64,000 nucleotides of DNA from Candidatus Uhrbacteria bacterium (GCA_016187515.1 JACPJN010000006.1:64856-128855); one strand, 5' to 3'. Counted from the stretch's first letter, positions 40,387 to 52,655 are shown. Notes: generated from the letters alone by a model not told the origin. Program-made: numbers and translations.

Positions 40387-41208
40387 TTATCTTTGCAAAT
40401 CTTTTAGCGCGTCTTTATATAAGCCAATCAACTGCTCATCATTAAATTTTTCCAGTACGGATTTTTCAATCCCGGAACCGGAAAGCAGCTCGCGGATCTG
40501 GGCAGCCGTCGGATTCTCCGGCAACTGCCCGGCTTTCCCCTCACCCGACCCCGCTCCCCGCACTATCCCCCTCTCCGCCCCCGGCTTTCCTCCCCCTTCC
40601 GGGGGGAGGATTAAGGTGGGGGGCGGGGGTGAGGGGTTCCGCGCGGACTCTTGAAAAATTTTCACCAGCGCCTTATCGTCAAACTGTCCTAAAATCTCCT
40701 CTGCAATTCCCGCCTGACGCAAAAAATTCCGAATCGCGGGCGCGTCCGTCACGCCCGGAATTCCGCTTTCGGCCAGTTTCGCGGCGAGCGTTGATTCGTA
40801 AAGACTCTTGGCAATCCGCTCTTGCTCCACTTCGCGAGCGGAAGGAAAACGGAACGCTTGGCAGTCCGTGCCGCGGGGACAATTCGGATCTTCCCCGGCG
40901 TCCAGCTCTTCTTTATCCGAGAACCCGTCCGAGTCGGTATCCGGCAGGTACGGACTGGTTCCGTACACTTCCCGTTCCCGAATATCCGGAATTCCGTCTT
41001 GATCGGTGTCTTTGGTCGCACCTTCCAGCTCATTCTCAAAATCTCCGGAAAATGCCAAGGGATTGGCCGCGCCAGGAGGGGGTAAGTTAAAAGGGGCTCG
41101 CAGACGATCCGGAAAAGTATGAAACGCCAAGGCAAAGCTGCCAATGCCCAGCAAAAAAAGGGCTAAAAATCCAAAAACTATAGCGCGTGGCGCCCGGTCC
41201 TCGTTCAT
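40387..41208 (-). CDS. Membrane-anchored protein with Ca-binding (TSP3-like) DxDxDG repeats
   Basis: DTDQDGIPD..E...GTSPYLPDTDSDGFSD.EE. Confidence 0.75.
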   Translation of the reverse strand: MNEDRAPRAIVFGFLALFLLGIGSFALAFHTFPDRLRAPFNLPPPGAANPLAFSGDFENELEGATKDTDQDGIPDIREREVYGTSPYLPDTDSDGFSDKEELDAGEDPNCPRGTDCQAFRFPSAREVEQERIAKSLYESTLAAKLAESGIPGVTDAPAIRNFLRQAGIAEEILGQFDDKALVKIFQESARNPSPPPPTLILPPEGGGKPGAERGIVRGAGSGEGKAGQLPENPTAAQIRELLSGSGIEKSVLEKFNDEQLIGLYKDALKDLQR

Positions 41209-41244
41209 ATATACCCAATAATTTACCGCTCTCCAATCATTATA

Positions 41245-42201
41245 TCAAATAATCCGCGCCAGAGCAATCCAATCTTCTACCGCCAGGTCTTGCGCGCGTA
41301 TTTTCGGATCAATTCCGACTTTACTCAAGGACGTAAGCGCCCTTTGCCGTGAAATATGTAAACCCCTTAAAAGGTTATTCTGGAGTTGCTTGCGTTTACC
41401 GGAAAACCCGGCCCGCACCACCTCAAACAACCGCTTCGTCTCAACAGCTGTGAACTGTGAACTGACGTCTGTGAACTCGATACGAAGTATCGCGCTCTCC
41501 ACCTTGGGCTGGGGCCAAAAGCAGCCGCGCGGCACTTTGGCAACTATTTCCGGTTTTCCGTAAAACTGCACCGCTACGGAAAGGATGGACATATTCCCGC
41601 CTCCCCCTCTCCCCTTGGGAGAGGGCCGGGGTGAGGGTTTGGCGCACACCCGCTGCGCCACTTCTTTCTGCACCAGCACGACAATCAGTGACGGCCGCGG
41701 CTCTTCCTCGGTAAATTTCCGCAGCGCGGCGGAGGTAATGGAGTAGGGTAAAGAGGCAACGAGTTTGTAGGGTTTCATAACTCCCCTCGCCCCTCTTATC
41801 TTAAGAGGGGGTTCCGATCGATCTCCCTCCCTTAAGTTAAGGGAGGGTTGGGGAGAGTTATGCAATAATTCCACAAGACGCTCATTGTCAATCTTCAAAA
41901 TATCGCCGTTAATAATTTCTACATTTTGATATGACTCCAGCTGTTCCTTGGCCGCCTCGTAAAGCTTCTGATCAATTTCAACCGCCAGCACTTGACCCGC
42001 GCGCTCCGTAAGCTCCCTCGTCAGCGCTCCCAACCCGGGCCCAATTTCTACCACTCGGTCCTCTTTAGTAAGTTCGGCGGCCTGGCACATCTTCTCCGCC
42101 ACCCAGTCCGCGATTAAAAAATTCTGCCCATATTTCTTTGACGGATAAATACCATATCGGCTGCAAAGTTGTTTTACAGTTTGTAAAGCACTCACATCCA
42201 T
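41245..42201 (-). CDS. rsmA: 16S rRNA dimethyladenosine transferase
   Basis: GQNFL, EIGPGLGALT, VEID, SLPYSIT, QKEVA, FWPQPKVES; two in-frame inserts. Confidence 0.93.
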   Translation of the reverse strand: MDVSALQTVKQLCSRYGIYPSKKYGQNFLIADWVAEKMCQAAELTKEDRVVEIGPGLGALTRELTERAGQVLAVEIDQKLYEAAKEQLESYQNVEIINGDILKIDNERLVELLHNSPQPSLNLREGDRSEPPLKIRGARGVMKPYKLVASLPYSITSAALRKFTEEEPRPSLIVVLVQKEVAQRVCAKPSPRPSPKGRGGGGNMSILSVAVQFYGKPEIVAKVPRGCFWPQPKVESAILRIEFTDVSSQFTAVETKRLFEVVRAGFSGKRKQLQNNLLRGLHISRQRALTSLSKVGIDPKIRAQDLAVEDWIALARII

Positions 42202-42305
42202 GGCCGAAACTCTAAATTCTAAACTCTAAATCCTAAACAAATCACAAATCCCAAACGTTTTGAATTTTGAAAATTAGAATTTGTTTAGAGTTTAGAAATT
42301 ATGAT

Positions 42306-43389
42306 TTAGGATTTCTTCGCCTTTAGGCGCAGATAACTTTCCACAAACTCCTCCAATTTTCCATCCAACACGGAGTCCGTATCCGCGGTTTCAAACTTAG
42401 TGCGCAAATCTTTCACCATCTGGTAGGGATGGAGCACATAGGAACGGATCTGATTGCCCCAAGCCGCTTCTTTATATTCTCCGCGGACTTTTTTAAGCTC
42501 TTTTTCCTGAACCTCTTCGGCCATTAGATGTAATTTCCCGCGCAGAACTTTCATCGCGGTTTCTTTATTCTGCTGCTGACTGCGCTCATTCTGACAAGTT
42601 ACCACGATCCCGGTTGGCAGATGCGTAATGCGCACCGCGCTATAGGTCGTCTGCACGCTCTGGCCGCCATGACCCGAAGAAAGATAGGTGTCAATGCGCA
42701 AGTCCTTGGGATCAATCGTAACCGCGACTTCTTCAAGTACCGGTAAAACTTCCACCAGAGCAAAAGAAGTGTGCCGCATTTTTTCCGCGTCAAATGGGCT
42801 GATGCGCACCAGCCGATGCACCCCGCGTTCGGATTTAAGCCAGCCATAGCCGTACGGGCCGCTGATCTCCAAAACCGCGGACTTAATCCCGGCCTCGCCG
42901 CCGCGCGATTCATCCACCATCCGCGCGGAAAGTCCTTTTCGTTCACAAAATCTTAAATACATCCGCAAAAGCATTTCCGCCCAGTCCTGCGCTTCAGTCC
43001 CGCCCACTCCGGCATGGATTGCCAAAATGCAATCGCTCTGGTCATAGGCGCCGGAAAACAAAACAAAAAACTCCAACTCTTCGAATTTTTTCTGGAGTGC
43101 TTCGTACTCGGTGGCCAGGCCGCTATCATCTACGCCCTGGCCAGAAACAATTCCGGCCAGCGCGGCTAGATCATCCTTTAGTCCCTGCCACTGCTTAATT
43201 TCACCAACCAGCTCTTCGCGCCGTTTGGATTTCTTTTTGGCCGCCTCTGGATTAGACCAAAAATCGGGCCGCGACATCTCGGCCTCGATTGTAATTATCT
43301 CTTGCTTCGCGGTATCTAGGTCAAAGCAGCCTCCAGGTCTGCTCGACCCTGGAGGCAAGGGAGGTTAAATTTTTGAGGAGTTCTTTCAT
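42306..43389 (-). CDS. prfB: Peptide chain release factor 2 (programmed +1 frameshift)
   Basis: SPF and GGQ motifs; MKELLK..WRLL then GGAGG-CTG-CTT-TGA-C slippery site at ~43320-43334. Confidence 0.95.
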
Positions 43390-43475
43390 ATTTTGATTGA
43401 GTAAATCAAGCGAGACAAGTAAATTAGGTAAATCAGGGATTTGATTTACTTGCTTTACCTGCTTTACTTGATTTA

Positions 43476-43832
43476 CTACAATTTGATTTGCTTCGCGTAC
43501 TTCCCCAATACCGGCATTTCCCAATACTTTCCCTGGAGCGCCTCCCGAATCCCGGTAACCGCGAGCGTCAGCAAGCCAATCGTCCCAAAAAATCCAATCA
43601 CCCAGCCAACGAGCGGTACCCAGGCGACCAACCACACGATAAATGAAGCAATCGTCAGCACCAGGCCTTGTTTTCCATGATGTTGCGCAAACTCGCTGTC
43701 CCGCTTTCCCAATAGCGGCAGCAAACACAAAATCCAGATATATCCAATGGCGGCCAGCACCCGCGTGTCCTTACTCCGCTCCGCGCCCGCGCTGGATGCG
43801 GACGCTGATTCTTGAGTTTTTGATTTAGGCAT
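43476..43832 (-). CDS. DUF4870-like membrane protein
   Basis: LAAIGY..F..HHGKQGLVL..G....P..G pattern. Confidence 0.75.
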   Translation of the reverse strand: MPKSKTQESASASSAGAERSKDTRVLAAIGYIWILCLLPLLGKRDSEFAQHHGKQGLVLTIASFIVWLVAWVPLVGWVIGFFGTIGLLTLAVTGIREALQGKYWEMPVLGKYAKQIKL

Positions 43833-43968
43833 AGAAGTTGAGTTATTAGTTATTAGGTTATTAGATTATTGACTATTTTCATGAGCTCAGTTAAAGGACT
43901 ATTGAAATTGTACCATAAAAAGAAAAAGGGGGCAACCTGATAGTCGCCCCAGCGGCTTAGGAAACCGC

Positions 43969-44451
43969 TTACCTCCCGAGCCGATAACTCTTCACGGCCG
44001 GATCACCTTCCCCTGGCTCTGCGGAAGGCACCCACTCATCAGTGGAAGTACATCTGTATCGTACATGCCACTCATCTTTTCGCGGATATGCATCCGTGAT
44101 ATCCGCAGATCCACCGGGGAAAACCCAGAGCCGAAGACCGGTGCTGATGAGTCCTCCGCGCTCCCGCGCCTTTTGTTTCCAGTGAGCCAACGAGCGTCCC
44201 AGCTCTGCGAGCTGGGCTCGTGCCTCTGCTGCCTCACGCTCGGTCTTCTCCGCCCGCGCCTGGGCCTCTTGGAGCTTGGCACTGAGTGTATGGGATGCGG
44301 CGGCAGTATTGAGGAACAGCATAAGGGTCATAAGAAGAACGAGCATCGCTCCCAGAAACAACACGATCACGGTGATGGTCGAGCCCCCGAGGATGTCGGA
44401 CTGCGCCTCGCCATGGCCGACCCTCGTGTGGAGGTTAAGCTGGTCGGTCAT
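43969..44451 (-). CDS. Single-TM coiled-coil protein (possible MotB/ExbD-like partner)
   Basis: Asp before the TM helix; 4-bp overlap with upstream MotA-like gene. Confidence 0.5.
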   Translation of the reverse strand: MTDQLNLHTRVGHGEAQSDILGGSTITVIVLFLGAMLVLLMTLMLFLNTAAASHTLSAKLQEAQARAEKTEREAAEARAQLAELGRSLAHWKQKARERGGLISTGLRLWVFPGGSADITDAYPRKDEWHVRYRCTSTDEWVPSAEPGEGDPAVKSYRLGR

Positions 44452-45401
44452 GGCGTACCTCCATCTTCTTTCGCATCGCCTTTTGTCGGAGATGCATCAA
44501 GGAGGCGAACTTCGACGCCCCCTGCTACGTAGTTGACGGCAAACGCGACCCCTCCTCTGACTTGCAATCCCTTCGCCGTGGCTCGCACAACCTCAACCGC
44601 AGTGCGGAGCGATCCTGCCGCCTCCTCTAGGGGCCCGCGTAGCTCTCCGAAGTCAGCGATCCTCAAGATCGCCTGCACACGTGAGGGAAGCGTCATCCTA
44701 GCAAGAATCTCATCCCGGAGCCATACCTCCACCTCGCTGATGCTGGTCAACTCCTGGACCATGCGGCGATCGAGCCACCCTCCGATGTACGCCTTTGCGC
44801 CCCAGCCCAGGATGCTCGTGAAGAATGCTGTAGAGACCGTGATCAAATCGATGCGCCGCAGGTTCTCTGCGATCTGTGAGACGAACCCTATTGCATCGAA
44901 GTGATCCCCATCGATCGAAGGGAAATTGAAGAGTACAGTCGCCTGGGCCATGAAGGCAACGAGCCCGATAAGGGTTCCGATGATACCTTCGAACCCGATC
45001 ACATTGACTTCGCTTGCAGTGCGCGAGTACCGCTCATTTATACTGCGTCGCATAGCAGCTAGCTTCCCGGCGACGAACTCATAAATGGCGGTCTCGTCAG
45101 CGGCATGGGCGATCTTCGTGCACACCGTCTGGACGAGCTGCACTACCGGATCATTCTTGTCTACCTTGGTCTCATCTTCGAGAGTGGGAAGGTGCTCTCG
45201 ATCCACGGTATCGGGAATCGCCATTTTCGGGCGACCGTAGAGCTTCTGATCCGGCATCTTGAATAACAGGATGAGCCAGATCTTAATGCCCATGTAGGCC
45301 ATGAAGGCCCAGGCCAGGAAGTTCAGCGTGACGATTGGATCACGGCTTGCGATGTACTGCCCCACCGTGCCGCAGAGAACGAGTGCGAGCAACCAACCCA
45401 T
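44448..45401 (-). CDS. MotA/TolQ/ExbB (ZorA-like) channel-family protein
   Basis: GIIGTLIGL and STAFFTSILG TM motifs; GGAGG RBS. Confidence 0.6.
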   Translation of the reverse strand: MGWLLALVLCGTVGQYIASRDPIVTLNFLAWAFMAYMGIKIWLILLFKMPDQKLYGRPKMAIPDTVDREHLPTLEDETKVDKNDPVVQLVQTVCTKIAHAADETAIYEFVAGKLAAMRRSINERYSRTASEVNVIGFEGIIGTLIGLVAFMAQATVLFNFPSIDGDHFDAIGFVSQIAENLRRIDLITVSTAFFTSILGWGAKAYIGGWLDRRMVQELTSISEVEVWLRDEILARMTLPSRVQAILRIADFGELRGPLEEAAGSLRTAVEVVRATAKGLQVRGGVAFAVNYVAGGVEVRLLDASPTKGDAKEDGGTP

Positions 45402-45721
45402 GGTGGCCCTCCTATTTTTTGGCTTGATTCCTCTTTATTTTTTATAAGAACTAAACGTAGTAGTAGAACGATCGAGACCCAGCACTCCATAGATCCACAA
45501 CCACAGGTCACGATCGCCCCACCATACCACTGCATCCTCGTCTTGTCAAGTTGACTGCATATACCAAGAGAACAAGGATTGTCTTAAAACAAAAAACCAC
45601 TTTTGTGGGGTTTCCTACCCGGGATCCGAGATCCGATATGCTACCTTGTGAAAACCTAAAAGGACAGTCCTTGGCAAGGACTGTCCTTTCTTAATCCGCG
45701 ATCCGCGGCCATCTGTCTTAA

Positions 45722-47410
<1,689 letters not shown>

Positions 47411-47487
47411 TTATGAGTTATTAAGTGTATCGTTGTTTTGTTCGCGTAATTTCAATGTGATAACCCAATAACTTAATAACCATTAAC

Positions 47488-47769
47488 TTACTCTATAATT
47501 CCCATTATGTCACTTTCCTCCAACACCAAATATTCTTTTCCTTCGACCTTGATTTCGTCCGGACTGTACTTTTTAAACATGACCGTATCGCCGACTTTGA
47601 CCTCGAGCGGCGCGCGCTGGCCATTGTCCATAAGTTTGCCCGGCCCGCAGGCAATAATTTTCCCTTTCTCGGCCTTTTCTTTGTCCGCCGTCTCCGGCAG
47701 AATAATCCCTCCCTTGACCTCTTCTTTAAGAGGTTCGACTACCACGCGGTTGCCCAGTGGTTTAAGCAT
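47488..47769 (-). CDS. groS: Co-chaperonin GroES
   Basis: LKPLGNRVVV, GGIILP, VKVGD. Confidence 0.97.
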   Translation of the reverse strand: MLKPLGNRVVVEPLKEEVKGGIILPETADKEKAEKGKIIACGPGKLMDNGQRAPLEVKVGDTVMFKKYSPDEIKVEGKEYLVLEESDIMGIIE

Positions 47770-47871
47770 ATAAACGCTGAATTTATGCGGAACTTGAGCA
47801 GAACATATACGGAAATTCCGCGTAGGTTCCGTTTATAGTTCAGTGTAAGTTCCGTCGTTATTTATAAGAGA

Positions 47872-47898
47872 TTAGCACTTAGTAAAAGAGAGTGCTAA
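47872..47898. promoter_or_regulatory. CIRCE operator (HrcA site)
   Basis: TTAGCACTT-N9-GAGTGCTAA (one mismatch to consensus) upstream of groES. Confidence 0.9.
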
Positions 47899-47916
47899 CC
47901 GACTGGCCCTATCTTG

Positions 47917-49470
47917 CTACAAAGCGGTTTTTTTGTCAAGCCCTGGTTGTGCCAGGGCTGTGGATAGACCTAAAAATCCCCAAAACAACAGAATTCCAAA
48001 GGGTAAAGTCCAAAGATAGTGATCAAACATTAGTAGAATTAAAAATGTAAGCAGAGCTTGCTCCAGCGGCACTCGTCGAAAATGTCCAAGCGGAGCTTGT
48101 CCATTTTGCGCCTCGTTTGCTGGAGTAAAATGTAAAATGTAAAATTTCGATTGACGGACGATTGTGTAAAGCGCGGCCACAAATAATAGCAATCCTACTA
48201 CTCCCAACTCTGCCAGCACCAGCAAAAACACATTATGTGCCGGTTGATACGACCACAACGGCTGTCCCGGCCGCACATCACGCGCAAGGGCTTGGGTGTA
48301 ATTGCCGATTCCAACGCCGGCCACGGGATGCGCGCGCGCCAGCTGCCAGGCCTCGCGCACGCCTTCCACGCGTTCCGCGCGCGATTTTACTTCCAGGCGC
48401 GAATCGCCGTGAAAACGCGTGGCCACAAGCGGACGAAAAGTGAGTGTAAGAAGTAGTACGTAGAAGATAATCAAAAAAATATAAAAACGATCGTGTGCGA
48501 CTTCTTGCCCCTCACCCCCGCCCTCTCCCACACAGGGAGAGGGAGATCGTTTTGCTTCCTCTCCCTTTATGGGAGAGGATTGAGGTGAGGGTTTCCCTAA
48601 TACCTTAATAACCCAATAACTTAATAACACGATCGTCGCCGCCCACGCCGCGCGAGAGAATGAGAAAAAAATTCCCGTGATTAAAATCGGCACTGTTATT
48701 TTTAGCAATAACACTTTTATGCTTCTTTCCTTCCCCTCTTCTAATAACCTAATGACTAAATAACTTAATAGCCCCAACGCCACCACTAAATATCCTCCCA
48801 GCACATTGGGGTGCGGCAATCCCCCGTAGGCGCGCAGCCACCGCTCATCCGCAAACTCCACTACCGACGTGCCGAGTACGGCTGGATCATGGAGCGCCAG
48901 GCCCAGCAGTGTGGACGCGAATGTGGATTGGGTGAGGAATTGATGGATACCGAGGATTGCCTCCAGGGCGGCGCCGATAAGGAAAGCGTACACCCACCAC
49001 TCTGTCATTCCGAGCGAAGCGAGGAATCTCTTCCCTTTCGCAGGCGTAGCGGTAGAGATTTCTCCACTCCGCCCCGACTGAAACGTCGGGGCTACGGTCG
49101 AAATGACGATGTAGAGAAGTACTCCTTCCAAAAGCCGCATCGCCGCCTGCAGCGCCACGAGTTTATCCGGCGCCCAGGCGATCGAAAAAAACGCCAATAA
49201 AGGCAAACCCAAAAACCAAATATTTTTCATTTTTAATTTTTCATTTTTAATTTTGATTGCCCCCATGGCAATCACCACCCACCCCAAAATCTCGGCCAAA
49301 AAAACGGATAATGTGCCGTACTCGTACAACTGCGCTGCTCTAAAAACATACCGGGTCTGCAGCGGCAATAAAAAAAAGAAAGCCGCCAGCAGCGCGTAAA
49401 ATGCCTGATCAAAGGCCAACCGCGGCCAAACGCGCGGCATACTCTTTTTTAAAGTATTCTCGTTTGTCAT
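47917..49470 (-). CDS. O-antigen ligase family protein
   Basis: RAYGGLPHPNVLGG, FSFSRAAW, GVGIGNY, PAHNVFLLVLAELG. Confidence 0.88.
   Translation of the reverse strand: MTNENTLKKSMPRVWPRLAFDQAFYALLAAFFFLLPLQTRYVFRAAQLYEYGTLSVFLAEILGWVVIAMGAIKIKNEKLKMKNIWFLGLPLLAFFSIAWAPDKLVALQAAMRLLEGVLLYIVISTVAPTFQSGRSGEISTATPAKGKRFLASLGMTEWWVYAFLIGAALEAILGIHQFLTQSTFASTLLGLALHDPAVLGTSVVEFADERWLRAYGGLPHPNVLGGYLVVALGLLSYLVIRLLEEGKERSIKVLLLKITVPILITGIFFSFSRAAWAATIVLLSYWVIKVLGKPSPQSSPIKGEEAKRSPSPCVGEGGGEGQEVAHDRFYIFLIIFYVLLLTLTFRPLVATRFHGDSRLEVKSRAERVEGVREAWQLARAHPVAGVGIGNYTQALARDVRPGQPLWSYQPAHNVFLLVLAELGVVGLLLFVAALYTIVRQSKFYILHFTPANEAQNGQAPLGHFRRVPLEQALLTFLILLMFDHYLWTLPFGILLFWGFLGLSTALAQPGLDKKTAL
49004..49107. 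mobile_element. MITE-like palindromic element, in frame in the O-antigen ligase gene
   Basis: GTCATTCCGA...TCGAAATGAC terminal inverted repeats; relative at 62692-62833. Confidence 0.6.
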
Positions 49471-50296
49471 GATCGTGGAATTTTAAAAACTCCTCGTTCA
49501 TCACTACGCCCTTTCCTTTATTCGCCATCTCCCGCAAATGCGCGGGCATGATATTCATCTGCACCCATCGCAATAATTTCTCCAGAATATCGCCTCCACC
49601 GCTCCTTTTTCCCCTCACCCTCCCCTCCCCGGGGCCTGCGCTCGCTCGGCCCGTCTTCGACCCCCGCGGGAGAGGGTGGCCGAAGGCCGGGTGAGGGTGC
49701 GTCAGCGGCAGCAAATTCTTCAACCAATACTCAAAGTACACATCCCCGCCTCCGGGCAATGCCGCGCGCCGCATCTGCGCCCCCTCCGCCGCGAAAAACG
49801 AAAGACAAAGGCCGTCTTTGGCGTGCGCGCTGGTTGGCCGGCCAAAACATTTCGCGAGCAGGATTAGAAAAAACCGCGCGGACCAGATCCGGCCGCGCCT
49901 GATCGTAATAAAAAGATCAATATCGCTCTCTGATCGCGCGTTCAAAAATCCCAGCGAGTTACAGGCATAGATCGCCCGCACAAATGGAATCCGAAGCGCC
50001 AACCGCGCAAAGCGCCGCGCTTTATCAAGTTTGTATTTTGAAGCGCGGTAGCGTCGCGCTCGTTCGCCACTTTGCGGTGGCGCGCCGCCGCAAAGTGGCG
50101 AACGCAAACTCCATACTCCGTCCTGAAATACTAAACGCGCTTTTAGCCGCTCGCTTTCCAAGAGCAGCCGCGCCACCTCGCTATACTGCGCTGCTCCGCC
50201 AATACTCCGCCAAATCTCTAAAGTAGTCAACGGATACGAAAAAAGATCAAAATAGACCAGCACCTCAAGGATTTCCTGCTCGAGATGACCTGACAT
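49409..50296 (-). CDS. Nucleotidyltransferase-fold protein
   Basis: YFDLFSYPLT..E, CNSLG....SESDIDLFI, CLSFF. Confidence 0.7.
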   Translation of the reverse strand: MSGHLEQEILEVLVYFDLFSYPLTTLEIWRSIGGAAQYSEVARLLLESERLKARLVFQDGVWSLRSPLCGGAPPQSGERARRYRASKYKLDKARRFARLALRIPFVRAIYACNSLGFLNARSESDIDLFITIRRGRIWSARFFLILLAKCFGRPTSAHAKDGLCLSFFAAEGAQMRRAALPGGGDVYFEYWLKNLLPLTHPHPAFGHPLPRGSKTGRASAGPGEGRVRGKRSGGGDILEKLLRWVQMNIMPAHLREMANKGKGVVMNEEFLKFHDHDKREYFKKEYAARLAAVGL

Positions 50297-50345
50297 AAAT
50301 TCGAAATCACAAGCACCAAATTACAAGGAAATTACAAGCTCCAAA

Positions 50346-51095
50346 TTACAAATTTTTTGGATTTTGAATTTGTTTGGGATTTGGGATTTGGGATTTGGGA
50401 TTTTTCAAAAAAACATATTGCTGGGCAATGCTCAAAAGATTCGTAACCAGCCAGTACAAAATAACGCCGCCGGGAAGCGAGGCACCGATCACCACCGTCA
50501 TGGCCGGCATCACATAAAGCATCTGCTTGTTCATCATCGTGAGCATCGCCTCGTCTTTGCTGCCCTCCACTTTTGGTTTAATTTGTTTGGTCGACATCAT
50601 TTTGGCTTGCACATATTGTGAAAGACCGGCCAGAAACGCGATGGGCAGGTTCGCGGCGGCCAGATCAAGAAATCCAAAGGCCAGGGCCTTGACCGTGCCG
50701 GGGCTCGCTACAAAAGCATAAAGCAATTCTGCCCCGCCGCTTTTAAGGCCAATGGTCATGGCCTGATAAAGGGCGATAAAAATCGGGAGCTGCACCAAAA
50801 GCGGCAAACAAGACGAGGCCGGGTTCACTTTCTCCTTTTTGTAAAATTCCATGGTGGCCTTCGCCAGCGCTTGCTTGTCGCCTTTATGTTTCTCTTTCAG
50901 CTCATTCAGCTTCGGCTGTAGATCTTGGAGCGCCTTTTGCGACTTGAGCGCTCGAAGAGTTACCGGAAAAATCAGCAAGCGCACTGCCACGGTAAGCAGA
51001 ATAATCGCCACCCCAATATCACCCACGACATTGTAGAGCGCGATCAGCGCGTTAAAGGTGGGTTTTAGAAATACGCTTTGATAGAGAGCAATCAT
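50346..51095 (-). CDS. yidC: Membrane protein insertase YidC
   Basis: AIILLTVAVR, LQPK, NPASSCLPLLVQLPIFIALY, LYWLVTN..Q. Confidence 0.93.
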   Translation of the reverse strand: MIALYQSVFLKPTFNALIALYNVVGDIGVAIILLTVAVRLLIFPVTLRALKSQKALQDLQPKLNELKEKHKGDKQALAKATMEFYKKEKVNPASSCLPLLVQLPIFIALYQAMTIGLKSGGAELLYAFVASPGTVKALAFGFLDLAAANLPIAFLAGLSQYVQAKMMSTKQIKPKVEGSKDEAMLTMMNKQMLYVMPAMTVVIGASLPGGVILYWLVTNLLSIAQQYVFLKNPKSQIPNPKQIQNPKNL

Positions 51096-51128
51096 TGGTT
51101 TTGAAGTAAATCAGGTAACTCAAGTAAA

Positions 51129-52400
51129 TCAGGCGCTTGATTTACTTGTCTCGCTTGATTCACTAGATACTTCCCCCGGCGTGGCCGCCGGTTCACCGGG
51201 CGGCAGGGTTCCTTCCTCCGGAGTTAAAGTTGTAATTGGCGCGCCGCCTTCTCCTAAGATATTAATCTTCCAGCCGGTAAGTTTGGAGGCCAGCCGGACA
51301 TTCTGGCCGGCGCGCCCGATCGCCAAAGACAGCTCCTCGGCAAGGACGGTAACGTTGGCCGTTTTTGTCTCCTCGTCAAAAGCAACTTTTTTTACCTTGG
51401 CCGGCGCCAGTGAAGCAGCGATGAATTTATCCGCGTCCTCGCTCCATTGTACCACATCAATCTTCTCCCCGCCTATCTCGGCGATAATCGTCTGGATCCG
51501 GCCGCCGCGCTGGCCAATGCAAGAACCGATCGGGTCAATGTTTTCATCATGGGAGACCACCGCGATTTTCGAGCGAGCCCCGGCCTCGCGAGCCACCCCT
51601 TTCACCTCCACCACCCCGCTTTGCACTTCCGGAATTTCCAGACGAAAAAGTTCGGCGACCATCGCCGGATCAGTCCGCGAAAGCACGATCTCCGGCCCTT
51701 TTGAACCCATCGCGACGGATTTTACATAAAACTTCATCCGCTCCCCGGCGCGATACGACTCTCGTTCAATCTGTTCGCCCAAAGGCAAAATCGCGGAGGT
51801 TCTTCCAAAATCAACCAGCTGCAGCCGCCCTTCCTGTCTTCCCAAAATACCGGTAACAATCGTGCCGCCCTTGCCGGACCATTCCTCAAAAATGGTCTGC
51901 CGCTCGGCCTCGCGCAGCCGCTGGGTAATCACCTGCTTGGCGGTCTGCGCCGCCATGCGTCCGAAAGCGTGGGGGATTTCCAGCTCGATTCGAAGCTCCT
52001 CTCCCAATTCAGCATTGGGCTTAATCGCGCGCGCCTCGGAAACCATCAGCATGGTTTTGGGGTTAAACTTTTCCTCGACTAACCCGCCTGAATTTTCCTG
52101 CTCCGCGCCAGGCACGCCAGCCGAAGGCACTGCAGGAAAATTCTGTGCGGGCTCCTCTTCTTTTTTCTTTTGTGCCTCCAATTCCTCTTCGCTAAAATCC
52201 CGCACCACGATCTTTACGTCAAAAGCGCGCATGGCTCCGGTCTCCGGATCAAACTCCACTTTAATATTCTGATTTTTGTGGCCAAAATCTTTGCGATAGG
52301 CCGCGGCCAGCGCGGCTTCCACCGTTTGCAGGACTTGCTCATGCGCCAGTCCTTTTTCCTCGCAGATTTGTTTAATTGCTTGAACTATTGGAGATGCCAT
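51129..52400 (-). CDS. nusA: Transcription factor NusA
   Basis: FGRMAAQTAKQV, AREAGARSK, IGRAGQNVRLASKLTGWKI. Confidence 0.96.
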   Translation of the reverse strand: MASPIVQAIKQICEEKGLAHEQVLQTVEAALAAAYRKDFGHKNQNIKVEFDPETGAMRAFDVKIVVRDFSEEELEAQKKKEEEPAQNFPAVPSAGVPGAEQENSGGLVEEKFNPKTMLMVSEARAIKPNAELGEELRIELEIPHAFGRMAAQTAKQVITQRLREAERQTIFEEWSGKGGTIVTGILGRQEGRLQLVDFGRTSAILPLGEQIERESYRAGERMKFYVKSVAMGSKGPEIVLSRTDPAMVAELFRLEIPEVQSGVVEVKGVAREAGARSKIAVVSHDENIDPIGSCIGQRGGRIQTIIAEIGGEKIDVVQWSEDADKFIAASLAPAKVKKVAFDEETKTANVTVLAEELSLAIGRAGQNVRLASKLTGWKINILGEGGAPITTLTPEEGTLPPGEPAATPGEVSSESSETSKSSA

Positions 52401-52561
52401 ACAAAGCACGGAACTTATGCGGAACTTTAGCAGAATATATACGGAATCCGTATAGGTTCCGTTGTAGTTCAGTGTGCGTTCCGCGGTTATTAAAAAACCA
52501 GTTCCCTATCAGGAACTAGTCCAGTGTGGATATACTATCACACCTTATAAATCCTGTCAAA

Positions 52562-52654
52562 TCAGCCAAGCAACTCCTTCACCATTTTGCCGACCACCGG
52601 CCCCTCCGCGGCGCCTTTAAGTTCTTTCATTGCCGCGCCCATGAGTTTACCAAA
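52562..52654 (-). pseudogene. Orphan 3' end of a GatB/Yqey gene
   Basis: FGKLMGAAMKELKGAAEGPVVGKMVKELLG* versus live FGRVMGAAMKELKGGADGTVVSRIVKEMLIF*. Confidence 0.85.
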
Positions 52655-52655
52655 G

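Noticed and set aside
42306-43728. prfB as a frameshifted pseudogene, and the 135-aa ORF 43321-43728
   Set aside because: Canonical programmed frameshift; only the last 22 codons of that ORF are the real PrfB N-terminus.
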